Made by a program: the position numbers and the translations under genes
Shown here: in pieces, positions 27,956 through 37,812 of the stretch
Layout: each line of letters starts with the position of its first letter
Position numbering within the stretch: position 1 is the first letter of the stretch
Origin: Chitinophagaceae bacterium
Lineage (GTDB): Bacteria > Bacteroidota > Bacteroidia > Chitinophagales > Chitinophagaceae
Assembly (NCBI GenBank): GCA_041661485.1
Contig: JBAZUJ010000014.1
Coordinates: 9,102 to 73,101, forward strand
DNA: 64,000 nt
Reading direction: 5' to 3'
The notes under the pieces: generated by a model
Told to the model about the DNA's origin: nothing
Seen by the model: the letters and a program-made list of their open reading frames with translations, nothing else
Database searches by the model: none

Positions 27956-29347
27956 ATGGAAAACATTATTCTTCCACTCAGTTACTTAATCGGTTCTATC
28001 ACATTTATACTCGGGCTCAAAATGCTTTCCCATCCTGATTCTGCACGCAAAGGGAATCTGGTTGCAGCTTTTGGAATGACGCTGGCCATTTTCGCAACCA
28101 TCTTTTTGTACAAAGGACATGATGGCAATGGCTTAGGTAATTATCCATGGATTTTTGCCGCCTTAATTATAGGAACGGTTGTAGGAACAATGGCTGCCAA
28201 AAAAGTACAGATGACGGCGATGCCGGAAATGGTGAGTCTGTTTAATGGTATGGGTGGTGCTTGTGCGATGCTGATTTCGGTTATTGAATATCATCATAAT
28301 CCTACGCCATCTGTTGGAATGTTGGTGGTGATTGTTCTGGGTATGATTATCGGTACCGTTTCTTTTGCCGGTAGTATCATAGCCTGGGGCAAGTTGAACG
28401 GAAAAATTAAAGACAAAACTATTCCGGGTGCGCAATACATCAATTTTATCCTTTGGGGCGCATTGATCGCTTTGTCTGTCATGCTGATTGGCGGCTATTC
28501 TACCGAACCAATGGTGTTTTATGGTATTCTTATTGTAGCAGCTATTTATGGTGTTCTTTTTGTAATGCCTATTGGTGGTGCGGACATGCCGGTGGTGATT
28601 TCTTTGCTGAATTCTTTTACGGGTGTTGCCGCTGCTTTTGGTGGATTTTTGTATGATAATCCTGTAATGTTGACGGGCGGTATCTTGGTAGGTTCTGCCG
28701 GTACAATCCTTACCATGCTGATGTGTAAAGCGATGAACCGTTCCCTGAAAAACGTATTGGTCGGTTCCTTTGGAGCAGCCAAAACCGGTGGAGCTGCAGT
28801 TTCGGGTGAGCAGGGTAATTTTAAAGAAATTTCTTTGAACGATACAGCAACCATTATGGTTTATGCTACGAAAGTGTGCATTATTCCGGGATATGGATTG
28901 GCTGTGGCGCAGGCGCAACATGCCTGCCACGAACTTGAAAAATTATTGGGTGAAAAAGGTGTGGAAGTTACATATGGTATTCACCCTGTGGCTGGCCGTA
29001 TGCCGGGGCATATGAACGTATTGCTGGCAGAAGCTGATGTTCCTTATGAAAAATTGTTGGAAATGGAAGATGCCAACGACCAGATGGCCAGTACCAATGT
29101 CGTTCTGATTCTTGGTGCTAATGATGTGGTGAATCCGGCTGCAAAGGAAGATCCTTCCAGTCCGATTTATGGAATGCCTATTCTTGAAGTGGAAAAAGCA
29201 GACCATGTGATTGTCAACAAACGCAGTATGAAACCAGGTTATGCAGGTATCGAAAACGAATTGTTCTTCCGTCCAAAAACATCTATGCTGTTTGGTGATG
29301 CCAAAAAAGTATTGCAGGACCTGGTGAGCGAGATGAAGCAGATGTAA
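27956..29347 (+). CDS. pntB: NAD(P) transhydrogenase subunit beta
   Basis: Polytopic N-terminus plus the dIII NADP(H) domain (...PGYGLAVAQAQH...HPVAGRMPGHMNVLLAEA...GANDVVNP...). Confidence 0.95.
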   Translation: MENIILPLSYLIGSITFILGLKMLSHPDSARKGNLVAAFGMTLAIFATIFLYKGHDGNGLGNYPWIFAALIIGTVVGTMAAKKVQMTAMPEMVSLFNGMGGACAMLISVIEYHHNPTPSVGMLVVIVLGMIIGTVSFAGSIIAWGKLNGKIKDKTIPGAQYINFILWGALIALSVMLIGGYSTEPMVFYGILIVAAIYGVLFVMPIGGADMPVVISLLNSFTGVAAAFGGFLYDNPVMLTGGILVGSAGTILTMLMCKAMNRSLKNVLVGSFGAAKTGGAAVSGEQGNFKEISLNDTATIMVYATKVCIIPGYGLAVAQAQHACHELEKLLGEKGVEVTYGIHPVAGRMPGHMNVLLAEADVPYEKLLEMEDANDQMASTNVVLILGANDVVNPAAKEDPSSPIYGMPILEVEKADHVIVNKRSMKPGYAGIENELFFRPKTSMLFGDAKKVLQDLVSEMKQM

Positions 29348-29368
29348 ATAATTGAATAAGATGCTCGT

Positions 29369-29398
29369 AAAACCACGCTATTTAGCGTGGTTTTTTTT
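29369..29398 (+). terminator. intrinsic terminator after pntB
   Basis: Stem CCACGC (29373-29378) / GCGTGG (29385-29390), followed by T8. It overlaps the 3' end of the convergent ORF 29378-30085. Confidence 0.7.
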
Positions 29399-30085
29399 GT
29401 CTTCAATCGGTTGATTTTGAATTGGTACTGCAATGCCACCCATTATCATTGGCTTCGGTGGTTTTACCGTATCAATTTCAGGTTGAGGAGGTACTGCTAT
29501 CTTGCCCATCATTTCTCTAACCGTATCCATCACAGCGGGCTCTTCCTGCCATATAGGTGCTCTCTGCGTTATTTCACGATCCGGTACTCCTATCGCAACA
29601 TCGCCGGTTAGTATAGGCCCGGGATGATTGATCATTTCTACTTTTGGGGGAGGAAGAGTGTCTTGTTCATCCATTGCAATATCGCCCACCATTTTGTTGG
29701 TGTCAGCGACTGGGCTGTTAAAAATTGTTGTATCCGGCCGTACATCACCGGTAGTAGTAGAATTAAAATCGCAGGAACTCACACCCAGCACAAAAAATAC
29801 AGCCACTGCATAAAATATTTGTTTGGTGAATGGTAAATGGCGATACCAAACCGGGTCAATGTTGATGCTTTGGTTTTCTAACGGACGGCCAATTTGCGTT
29901 GCATAAAAGCGCCCGCAGGTATTTTTATTTTTTTTGTCGAGCAAATAGTTTTTGACCTGCTCATCGCTCATTTTTGTAAAATCAACTACGGTTTTCTGAC
30001 AGGAGCCGCAAAATCTTCCCTTGCTTTCCGGAGTCATTTCATTCCAGTTTTCGTGGCATAGCTCGGGGATATGTAGTACAAACAT
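29378..30085 (-). CDS. hypothetical membrane-anchored protein with N-terminal Cys-cluster (CHENW...CGSCQK)
   Basis: N-terminus LCHENWNEMTPESKGRFCGSCQKTVVDFT, then one TM segment (FYAVAVFFVLGV) and a Pro-rich tail. This N-terminal pattern recurs in Bacteroidota hypothetical proteins. Confidence 0.6.
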   Translation of the reverse strand: MFVLHIPELCHENWNEMTPESKGRFCGSCQKTVVDFTKMSDEQVKNYLLDKKNKNTCGRFYATQIGRPLENQSINIDPVWYRHLPFTKQIFYAVAVFFVLGVSSCDFNSTTTGDVRPDTTIFNSPVADTNKMVGDIAMDEQDTLPPPKVEMINHPGPILTGDVAIGVPDREITQRAPIWQEEPAVMDTVREMMGKIAVPPQPEIDTVKPPKPMIMGGIAVPIQNQPIEDKKNHAK

Positions 30086-30138
30086 AAAATAGGTTTATAC
30101 TTAGAGGCGGCGGCATCGTTTTTCCATAAATATTGTGC

Positions 30139-30230
30139 AAAAAAAAGCAGTCCCTAAGAATAGGGACCGCTTAACCAATAAACCGTATATAAAATGAAAC
30201 TACTTATTTAATATCAAATTCCGTGCCACA
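30139..30230 (-). repeat. ~92-nt direct repeat copy 1, ending in minus-strand intrinsic terminator (candidate sRNA or leader)
   Basis: Minus strand reads TGTGGCACGGAATTTGATATT...GGTTAAGCGGTCCCTATTCTTAGGGACTGCTTTTTTTT. Confidence 0.85.
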
Positions 30231-30519
30231 AATCCATTTTAATTGTAAAGATGAAAAAATAAATGACTGATTTTAATAAAAAAATTACTGCAAAGTTTTA
30301 ATCATTTATTATAATAACTATATACAGGTAAAATATTTTACTTTGTTTGATTCTTATAGATTATGCACAGTAATGTACAAATAATTATATATCACATCAA
30401 AAATTGTGCCAATATATTAAATATTGGAAGTCAATTTTATTTAATAATTTGTTAATAAACTTATAGTTTATTTCTGTTAGACGTATAGATTTTAAAGTGA
30501 ATATTTAATATATTGGTAT

Positions 30520-30610
30520 AAAAAAATCAGTCCCTAAGAATAGGGACCGATTAACCAATAAACCGTATATAAAATGAAACTACTTACTTATATTCAAATA
30601 CCGTGCCACA
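30520..30610 (-). repeat. ~92-nt direct repeat copy 2, ending in minus-strand intrinsic terminator
   Basis: Near-identical to copy 1 over the hairpin and the following ~45 nt. Minus strand reads TGTGGCACGGTATTTGAATAT...GGTTAATCGGTCCCTATTCTTAGGGACTGATTTTTTT. Confidence 0.85.
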
Positions 30611-30777
30611 GTTTTATTTTTTGATTAAAAATTTAATATTTATTTTGTCGTAATGCGAAATTTCCTTTTACCGTTTTTTTTCCTCAGTTGGATTAATTGT
30701 AAGAGAATTATTTTTTATCAGGAATAAAGAGTTGTATTTTTGAGAGTTCAGCAATTATTACACGGCAATTACGAATT

Positions 30778-33021
30778 ATGGAAGCAGCATATAACCTTAA
30801 TGAAGAAGAAGAAAAAAAATTAATTCTAAGAGAATATCGTGCGTTGTTGAGGGCCTTAAAAGTTCGGATCAAAAAAGGGGATAAAGCGCTGATTAGAAGA
30901 GCATTCGAAATTTCAGCCGATGCTCATAAGGATATGCGCAGAAAATCAGGCGAACCTTATATTTTACATCCGCTGGCAGTATCCCGGATAGTAGTGGAAG
31001 AAATCAGCCTGGGGGTGACCTCGGTAATTTGCGCCTTACTACACGATGTGGTAGAAGATACCGAACTGACCCTGGAAGATATGCAGCAGGAGTTTGGTGG
31101 TACAGTAGCCAAGATTATTGATGGATTGACCAAAATTGCAATTGTTGTTGACGGGAATTCTGAAACCTCAATGCAGGCAGAGAATTTTCGTAAAATATTA
31201 ATGGCTCTTGCAGAAGACCCCAGAGTTATCCTCATAAAACTGGCCGATCGCCTGCATAATATGCGCACATTGGGTAGTATGGCACGCGACAAGCAATTGA
31301 AAATCTGCTCCGAAACAACTTACATCTATGCCCCGCTGGCTCATCGGCTTGGTCTTTATGAAATAAAATCTGAACTGGAAGACCTTGCTTTAAAATACAC
31401 CCAGCCGGAAACATATATTGCTATCGCTAACGGACTGCGTGAAACCAAACGCGAACGTACGCGCTATATCAACGAATTTATACGACCCATAAAAGACGAG
31501 CTTACCAAAATGGGGCTCAAATTTGAAATTTATGGCCGGCCGAAATCTATCAATTCCATCTGGAACAAAATCCGCACCAAGCATGTGACTTTTGAAGAAG
31601 TGTACGATTTGTTCGCTATCCGTATTGTGCTCGATTCGGAATATGAAAAGGAGAAGGAAGATTGCTGGAAAGTGTACTCCATGATTACCAATTTCTACAA
31701 ACCCAGCCCTGAGCGGCTGCGCGATTGGGTAAGTGTGCCGAAAGGAAATGGTTATGAAGCTTTGCATACCACTGTTATGGGGCCAGGCGGCCGCTGGGTG
31801 GAAGTGCAAATCAAAACGGAAAGAATGAATGCCATTGCCGAAAAAGGTTTGGCGGCTCACTGGAAATATAAAGAAGGCGCTCCCCGTCCGCAGGAAAATA
31901 AACTGGACGCATGGCTACAACATCTGCGTGAAGTATTGAATAATCCTGATACCGACACGCTCGATTTCATGCAGGATTTCAAGCTGGACTTATTTACAGA
32001 AGAGATTTATGTTTATACCCCGAAAGGTGATATGCGGGTGTTGCCCAAAGGCGCTACAGCACTGGATTTTGCCTTCGATATTCACTCTGAGTTAGGTGCC
32101 CGCTGCATCGGTGCAAAAGTGAATTATAAACTTGTTCCCCTCAGTCATCCGCTTAAAAGTGGCGACCAGATTGAAGTAATCTCTTCCGGCAAGCAAAAGC
32201 CCGGTGAAGATTGGCTCAACTTTGTTGTAACCGCCAAGGCAAAGTCACGGATAAAATATTACCTCAAAGAACAAAAACGAACGATAGCCGAAGACGGGAA
32301 AGAAATCCTGGAACGGAAAATGAACAATCTGGGTGTTCCGCTGAATCCGTATAACGCCAATGAACTGGCCGTTTATTTCAAAAAGCCTTCACCCCTGGAT
32401 GTATATTATGCAATTGCAGTCGGCAATATCGATGTAAAGGAATTAAAGGATTTTACAGTTCATGGAGATAAGCTGATACCCCCGGTTAAACACGTTGAAA
32501 TAAAAAATACAGATGTTCAGCATGATGAAGTAAAACACCAGAAACCAGCCAAAGGCACTGAGTTGGTTATCTTCGGAGAGAGCTCGGATAAGATTCTGTA
32601 TAAGTTGGCTCAATGTTGCCAGCCTATCCCGGGAGACGATGTGTTTGGATTTATTACTGCGGGCGAAGGGTTGAAAATTCACCGTTCCGATTGTCCGAAT
32701 GCAGCGCGTTTATTGTCGCATTATGGCCATAGGGTTGTGAAGACGAAGTGGGCAAAAAATAAAGAAATTTCTTTCCTGAGCGGGGTGCGTATTACCGGTC
32801 TCGACGATGTGGGTGTAATCAAGAAAATTACAAACATCATTTCCGATTCGCTCAACATGAACATGCGTTCTATCAGCATCGATTCGCAGGATGGGATTTT
32901 TGAAGGAACCATCATGGTTTATGTTCACGACAAGGAAGAGTTTGAACAATTGTGTAATCAGTTGGCTTCACTGGAGGGAATTATTACTGTTGAAAGAATA
33001 GAAACGACCGAACAGAAATAA
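30778..33021 (+). CDS. rel: bifunctional (p)ppGpp synthetase/hydrolase, long RelA/SpoT homolog
   Basis: HD hydrolase motif LLHDVVEDT. Synthetase region (RPKSINSIWNKI..., GYEALHTTV). TGS-like (IYVYTPKGD...LPKGATALDFAF) and C-terminal ACT-like domains. 747 aa. Confidence 0.94.
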   Translation: MEAAYNLNEEEEKKLILREYRALLRALKVRIKKGDKALIRRAFEISADAHKDMRRKSGEPYILHPLAVSRIVVEEISLGVTSVICALLHDVVEDTELTLEDMQQEFGGTVAKIIDGLTKIAIVVDGNSETSMQAENFRKILMALAEDPRVILIKLADRLHNMRTLGSMARDKQLKICSETTYIYAPLAHRLGLYEIKSELEDLALKYTQPETYIAIANGLRETKRERTRYINEFIRPIKDELTKMGLKFEIYGRPKSINSIWNKIRTKHVTFEEVYDLFAIRIVLDSEYEKEKEDCWKVYSMITNFYKPSPERLRDWVSVPKGNGYEALHTTVMGPGGRWVEVQIKTERMNAIAEKGLAAHWKYKEGAPRPQENKLDAWLQHLREVLNNPDTDTLDFMQDFKLDLFTEEIYVYTPKGDMRVLPKGATALDFAFDIHSELGARCIGAKVNYKLVPLSHPLKSGDQIEVISSGKQKPGEDWLNFVVTAKAKSRIKYYLKEQKRTIAEDGKEILERKMNNLGVPLNPYNANELAVYFKKPSPLDVYYAIAVGNIDVKELKDFTVHGDKLIPPVKHVEIKNTDVQHDEVKHQKPAKGTELVIFGESSDKILYKLAQCCQPIPGDDVFGFITAGEGLKIHRSDCPNAARLLSHYGHRVVKTKWAKNKEISFLSGVRITGLDDVGVIKKITNIISDSLNMNMRSISIDSQDGIFEGTIMVYVHDKEEFEQLCNQLASLEGIITVERIETTEQK

Positions 33022-33039
33022 CTGTACTAAAATTAGGAA

Positions 33040-33555
33040 ATGAATTCGCTGGTCAGAAACGATTATTATCTTGAAGTGCTTCGGCCTTCGGAACTGGATT
33101 TCCTGAAAAAGAAAGCAGGGAAGGAAGGTCGTTTATACCAACGCCTGTTGAAGATTCTGATTGTTGGTGCCATCGTTGTTTCTTTTGGAGGAGCCTGGAA
33201 AAACATTCAGAAAGAAGGAAAGCTTTTTGATACAGTCACTATTTTTTCCTGGGAAAATTATTTTATTACGCTCCTGATACTAAGCATTATTTTTTACATT
33301 GCTATTCGTTTTTCCCGCAGTGGCGAACTCAGTAAAATTCACCAGGACCTGAGGCAAAAAACTAAAATTGTGGAACGCGTCATTATCGAGCGGAAAACCT
33401 TTTTGCCCCACAATAATACCTTTCATTTTTATATCAATTCTGCACGAAAATTGAGTATCCAGGTGGAAGAAAGGGATTTTGCCCTTTTATCAGAAGGGGA
33501 TGAAATTAATATTGAGTATTCTAAAAATGCCGGAATATATTTCGGCTATTTTTAA
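33040..33555 (+). CDS. hypothetical membrane protein
   Basis: 171-aa ORF with two hydrophobic segments. It starts 18 nt after the rel stop codon. Confidence 0.55.
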   Translation: MNSLVRNDYYLEVLRPSELDFLKKKAGKEGRLYQRLLKILIVGAIVVSFGGAWKNIQKEGKLFDTVTIFSWENYFITLLILSIIFYIAIRFSRSGELSKIHQDLRQKTKIVERVIIERKTFLPHNNTFHFYINSARKLSIQVEERDFALLSEGDEINIEYSKNAGIYFGYF

Positions 33556-33658
33556 AACTGTTTAAGTAGCTGTAATCTTCTTTGCAGGAGTTTTAAGATA
33601 TTTTATATCAAGTTGGATTTTCTTCAGAACTAGCTTTAGGAGCTAAATCAGCCAGGTC

Positions 33659-34051
33659 ATGAAAAGTGTAATCGTTTTGCTTACTGCAGTAATATTCTTA
33701 TCATGCAAATCTGAGGATTCGGAACGCAAAAAGATATTTATGGCGGGAACCTTAATGGAAAAACTCAGGCATAATGCTGCTTATGCTGATTCACTCAAGG
33801 TAGAGGTTTTTCTGGTGGACGAAAAGGCTGCAAATTATCTGGTGGAAATTCCGGGTGGCGGTTATGCTTTCAGTAAGCAGTATAAAATGAAAGTAGCGGA
33901 CAATAAAGAGTTGTCGGCACTGGTAGAAAAATGTAATGTCAGTGTGTTGGCTTATGGTACGTTGAAAACCTATATTGCCAAAGAAATTATCGCTAAAATT
34001 CCCGGTAAATCAGGTGATAGTCTCAAACATATTTTCAGCACTTTACGCTAA
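33659..34051 (+). CDS. hypothetical lipoprotein
   Basis: Signal peptide with lipobox ...VIFLSC. Confidence 0.55.
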   Translation: MKSVIVLLTAVIFLSCKSEDSERKKIFMAGTLMEKLRHNAAYADSLKVEVFLVDEKAANYLVEIPGGGYAFSKQYKMKVADNKELSALVEKCNVSVLAYGTLKTYIAKEIIAKIPGKSGDSLKHIFSTLR

Positions 34052-34070
34052 ATATTTCCTTGTAAGGATT

Positions 34071-34110
34071 AAAAAAGCCTGCAGAATATTAATCTGCAGG
34101 CTTTCTTATT
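34071..34110. terminator. bidirectional intrinsic terminator between convergent genes
   Basis: Stem AGCCTGCAGA (34076-34085) / TCTGCAGGCT (34093-34102), flanked by A6 and a T-rich tail. Confidence 0.75.
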
Positions 34111-34124
34111 TGATGGTTTTGAAA

Positions 34125-34553
34125 TTATACAATCTCAACCAATTCGATATCGAAAGTCAATTCTTTACCGGCTAATGGATGGTTAGCATCCAGTACTACA
34201 GTATCTTCTTTTATTTCAGCAATCACAACCGGGAAATTGTTTCCTTCGTTGTCGCTCATATGTAATTCCAAACCAACTTCCGGTTTCATATCTTCAGGGA
34301 AATCAGACAAAGGATATTCTATTTTATTTTGTTCTGAAACTTCACCGTAAGCGTGTTCTGCAGGAATAACAACTGTTTTTTTATCTCCTACTTTCATATC
34401 GACAAGTGCATCATCAAATCCTTTGATCACCTGGCCAATACCCACTTCAAATTCAAGGGGCGCCCTTCCTTCAGACGAATCGAAAGTGCTGCCATCATTT
34501 AGTTTGCCGTGGTAATGTACGCGCACTTTGTCGCCATTTTTTACTTGTGTCAT
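34125..34553 (-). CDS. slyD: FKBP-type peptidyl-prolyl cis-trans isomerase (SlyD-like, with insert-in-flap domain)
   Basis: [18 protein letters not shown]...[16 protein letters not shown]..., followed by ...[21 protein letters not shown], typical of short SlyD/FkpB-type FKBPs. Confidence 0.88.
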   Translation of the reverse strand: MTQVKNGDKVRVHYHGKLNDGSTFDSSEGRAPLEFEVGIGQVIKGFDDALVDMKVGDKKTVVIPAEHAYGEVSEQNKIEYPLSDFPEDMKPEVGLELHMSDNEGNNFPVVIAEIKEDTVVLDANHPLAGKELTFDIELVEIV

Positions 34554-34636
34554 ATATGATTAAAATTAAGTCCTGCAAGGTAATATTAATATTTCAAGAT
34601 GCCTTTATACCTTAGCTGAAATATTGTTAAATAATT

Positions 34637-35845
34637 ATGTTGCGTATCCCTTTATTACGTTCCCTTTTTAGCTTTTTCCTTGCAGTGTTTTTATGTTCGG
34701 GCTTTACTGTGGCTTTTGGCCAGATGAACCGGCACGCAGATATTAAAACAGGAGCGGAACGTTTCAGCGAATATTTGCCTTTGCTGAAAGGGAAAAGAGT
34801 GGCTGTAATTATAAATCAGACCGCTGTGATTGATAGTGCGTTATTGCTGGATGAATTGATAGACAGTGGCGTAAATGTGGTTAAGATTTTTGTGCCTGAG
34901 CATGGATTCCGGGGTACCGCAGATGCAGGTGCTCGCATTAAGAACGAGATGGATGCAGCAACAGGTTTGCCTGTTATTTCATTATATGGAAATAATAAAA
35001 AACCGGGTAAGGCACAGCTCGAAAACGTTGATGTGCTGATTTATGATTTACAGGATGTGGGCGTTCGTTTCTATACCTATATTTCTACGCTCGAATATGC
35101 CATGGACGCCTGTATTGAATCAAAAAAGCAATTGCTGATTCTGGATCGGCCAAATCCCAACGGACACCTTGTTGACGGTCCGGTGCTGGATACGAGCTTA
35201 CGCTCCTTTGTGGGAATGCAGCCTGTACCGATAGTTTACGGAATGACTGCCGGAGAATATGCAAAAATGCTGCTTGGGGAGAAGTGGATTAAAAATGCCT
35301 CTCAACTCGATTTGAAAATCATTCCTTGCAAAAACTACCGCCATGGACGCCGATATCAACTTCCTGTTGCGCCATCGCCCAATCTCAAGACGATGGCAGC
35401 AATTTATCTTTATCCGTCTCTATGTTTTTTTGAAGGTACAATAATTAGCCTCGGGCGTGGTACCGACAAGCCATTCCAGCAATGGGGGCATCCGGATTAT
35501 AATGAGAAATTCAATTATTCGTTTGTACCAAAGAGCGTAGGAGGTGCCAGCAAACCATTACTTGAAAACCAGGCGTGTTTTGGCGAATTGGTGGCTGTTG
35601 AGGCAGATTCTGCTTATGGGCTCACACATTCGCAGCTTAATCTCAGTTACCTGCTCAAAGCTTACCGGTTATCTCCTCAAAAAGAGAAATTTTTTATTCC
35701 TTTCTTTGAAAAACTGGCGGGTACAAAAGTATTGCGTCAGCAAATAATTGCAGGGAAAAGTGAGGCTGAAATCCGCACCTCCTGGCAACCGGAATTAGAC
35801 AAGTTCAAAAAAATAAGGAAAAAATATTTGCTCTACGAAGATTAA
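34637..35845 (+). CDS. namZ: DUF1343 / NamZ-family exo-beta-N-acetylmuramidase-like protein
   Basis: GKRVAVIINQTAV...FVPEHGFRGTADAG...LIYDLQDVGVRFYTYISTL...LDRPNP pattern of the DUF1343 family. Signal peptide present. Confidence 0.85.
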   Translation: MLRIPLLRSLFSFFLAVFLCSGFTVAFGQMNRHADIKTGAERFSEYLPLLKGKRVAVIINQTAVIDSALLLDELIDSGVNVVKIFVPEHGFRGTADAGARIKNEMDAATGLPVISLYGNNKKPGKAQLENVDVLIYDLQDVGVRFYTYISTLEYAMDACIESKKQLLILDRPNPNGHLVDGPVLDTSLRSFVGMQPVPIVYGMTAGEYAKMLLGEKWIKNASQLDLKIIPCKNYRHGRRYQLPVAPSPNLKTMAAIYLYPSLCFFEGTIISLGRGTDKPFQQWGHPDYNEKFNYSFVPKSVGGASKPLLENQACFGELVAVEADSAYGLTHSQLNLSYLLKAYRLSPQKEKFFIPFFEKLAGTKVLRQQIIAGKSEAEIRTSWQPELDKFKKIRKKYLLYED

Positions 35846-36585
35846 AAATTTGTAGCAGCACTAAGTTCAGCAATCAACGATTTATCTTTTTCAATCGCGT
35901 TGCCCACAACGATAATATCCGCACCGGCTTTGCAGTTTGCACTTACTTTTTCAACCGTATTAATGCCACCTCCTACAATGAGCGGTATGCCGATATTACT
36001 GCTCACTTTATGAATCATTTCTTCGCTGATAGATTGGCGGGCGCCGCTTCCTGCGTCCATATAGATAAGGTGTTTGCCTTGCATCTCACCAGCCCATGCC
36101 GTGCACAAAGCTATATCCGATTTGTCGGAAGGAATAGGGTGGGAGTTGCTCATGTAAGAGACAGTCGTAGGAACGCCTCCGTCTATCACCATATATCCGG
36201 TTGATAATATTTCGAGTCCGCTGCTGCGCACCATTGGTGCAGATACCACGTGTTGCCCGATCAATAATTCCGGATTGCGGCCGGATATCAATGATAGATA
36301 AAGCAGCGCATCTGCCTCAGGCGTTACCTGGGAGGGATTTCCTGGAAATAAAAGAACCGGGATATTGCTGTTTTCTTTAAAGATATTGATGCACAAACCA
36401 ATCTGGTGCTGCAATACCAGGCTGCCGCCAACAAACAGAAAATCAACCTTGGCGTCATTGCACAACTGAGCGAATTGCTCCATTTTGTTCGGGGCAATTT
36501 TATCAGGGTCGATTAAAACGGCAAAACCATGTTTGCTGTTTTCTTTCAGCGATTTCAGTTGTTGTAATACCGGTCCGGCTTTCAT
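35842..36585 (-). CDS. pcrB: geranylgeranylglyceryl / heptaprenylglyceryl phosphate synthase (PcrB family)
   Basis: TIM-barrel pattern ...DPDK...FLFVGGS...YMDAGSGA...PLIVGGGI... Its stop codon overlaps the stop of convergent namZ (35842-35845, TTAA). Confidence 0.8.
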   Translation of the reverse strand: MKAGPVLQQLKSLKENSKHGFAVLIDPDKIAPNKMEQFAQLCNDAKVDFLFVGGSLVLQHQIGLCINIFKENSNIPVLLFPGNPSQVTPEADALLYLSLISGRNPELLIGQHVVSAPMVRSSGLEILSTGYMVIDGGVPTTVSYMSNSHPIPSDKSDIALCTAWAGEMQGKHLIYMDAGSGARQSISEEMIHKVSSNIGIPLIVGGGINTVEKVSANCKAGADIIVVGNAIEKDKSLIAELSAATNF

Positions 36586-36605
36586 ATATGCGGAGGCGAA
36601 GGTAG

Positions 36606-36641
36606 TAAAAAAGGCAGCACATTAAAATATTGTGCTGCCTT
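36606..36641 (-). terminator. intrinsic terminator after mscL
   Basis: Stem AAGGCAGCACA (36611-36621) / TGTGCTGCCTT (36631-36641). A-run on the plus strand gives a T-run on the minus strand. Confidence 0.7.
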
Positions 36642-36647
36642 GGTATT

Positions 36648-37031
36648 TTATTTTTTCAATAAGTCCCTGATTTCTGTCAGGAGAACTTCTTCTTTTGTCA
36701 GGGCAACCGGTGCAGCAGGAGCGGCCTCTTCTTTCTTTTTCATGTTATTCGCTGCTTTGATAATGATAAACAACACCAATGCAACAATTATAAAAGAGAG
36801 AAGTTGCGACAGGAAATTACCGTATTTGATGGCTGTGCCGGCAATAGTCAGTTTGCTCAGGTCTTCGAGCCCTGCGGCTTTTAATGCCGGCCCCAAAACT
36901 GCCGGCGTGATGATGTCTTCAACAAGCGAGCTGACAATTTTCCCGAATGCAGCACCAATAATCACACCTACCGCCAGGTCCAACACATTGCCTTTGATGG
37001 CAAACTCTTTAAATTCTTTTACAAAGCCCAT
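36648..37031 (-). CDS. mscL: large-conductance mechanosensitive channel
   Basis: [43 protein letters not shown] is the canonical MscL N-terminus. The track ORF extends to 37241, but the conserved start is ATG at 37031. Confidence 0.93.
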   Translation of the reverse strand: MGFVKEFKEFAIKGNVLDLAVGVIIGAAFGKIVSSLVEDIITPAVLGPALKAAGLEDLSKLTIAGTAIKYGNFLSQLLSFIIVALVLFIIIKAANNMKKKEEAAPAAPVALTKEEVLLTEIRDLLKK

Positions 37032-37166
37032 AGTATCATTTTGGGACAAAGATATTTCAATATGGGTTAAATTAAAGCATTGTGAATTTTTGTTAATAAT
37101 GTTATCATTGGGGATATCATGGCGTTTTCTTTGTTTACTTTGAGGCCAGAAACTAAACACACGATT

Positions 37167-37730
37167 ATGAAGAACAAATTCATGAAATTTATCGGGCCAT
37201 TCGCTGTTGCAGCAATGATGAGTTTTAGCGCCTTGGCACAAAACGCAAGAGAAGTAAGTATTGAAATTAACAACGCGGCGAAAACCGGTTATCAGCAGGA
37301 TTATAAAATCCCGAAAAGCCTGATGAAAACCACATTGGATGACCGTTTTAAAAAAGCAGGTATTTCCGGTGGAAAAAAGTCAAAAGGCTACATGAAGTAT
37401 ACCGGCGTTAATTTTCCTGAATTGTCGCCTAACAAAATTGATATCTACACTAAAATATCCGGCAAAAAAGACAATTCCGCCGTTTTGATGTTGGTTTCAA
37501 CCGGTTATGATAATTTTATCAGTACCACTACCGACCCCACTATTGCTGCAAATACCATCGTTTTCCTCAACAACCTGAATGAAGACGCCATCAAAATGAA
37601 AAAGGCCATAGAGCTGGAAATTCAACAAAAGGAACTGAAAAAAGCGGAAGAGAAATTGAAAAAAGCAGATGCTGAAAAAGCAAAACTGGAAAAGAAAAAA
37701 GCAAACCTTGAGAAAAAAATGATGGGTTAA
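37167..37730 (+). CDS. hypothetical secreted protein with Lys/Glu-rich coiled-coil tail
   Basis: The in-frame ATG at 37167 gives the signal peptide [25 protein letters not shown]. The track start 37119 lies inside the mscL coding region. Confidence 0.55.
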   Translation: MKNKFMKFIGPFAVAAMMSFSALAQNAREVSIEINNAAKTGYQQDYKIPKSLMKTTLDDRFKKAGISGGKKSKGYMKYTGVNFPELSPNKIDIYTKISGKKDNSAVLMLVSTGYDNFISTTTDPTIAANTIVFLNNLNEDAIKMKKAIELEIQQKELKKAEEKLKKADAEKAKLEKKKANLEKKMMG

Positions 37731-37812
37731 TCCTTTTTGAACATTTAATCTTTCTTTCTTTTATACGGTCTTAATAGCCGGATTTCTTCAAAAAAAGAAG
37801 TCCGGCTAATTT

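Noticed and set aside
28163-28930. 255-aa minus-strand ORF (plus 28546-28854)
   Set aside because: It is antisense to pntB. The composition is Asn/His/Arg/Gln-rich and implausible, and pntB is unambiguous.
30139-30610. IS element or MITE bounded by terminal repeats
   Set aside because: The repeats are direct, not inverted. The 290 nt between them contain no transposase ORF, and no target-site duplication is evident.
37032-37241. N-terminal 70-aa extension of the mscL track ORF, and the plus-strand ORF 36640-37143
   Set aside because: The canonical MscL N-terminus MGFVKEF begins at ATG 37031 and the extension has no homology-like features. The plus-strand ORF is antisense to mscL.
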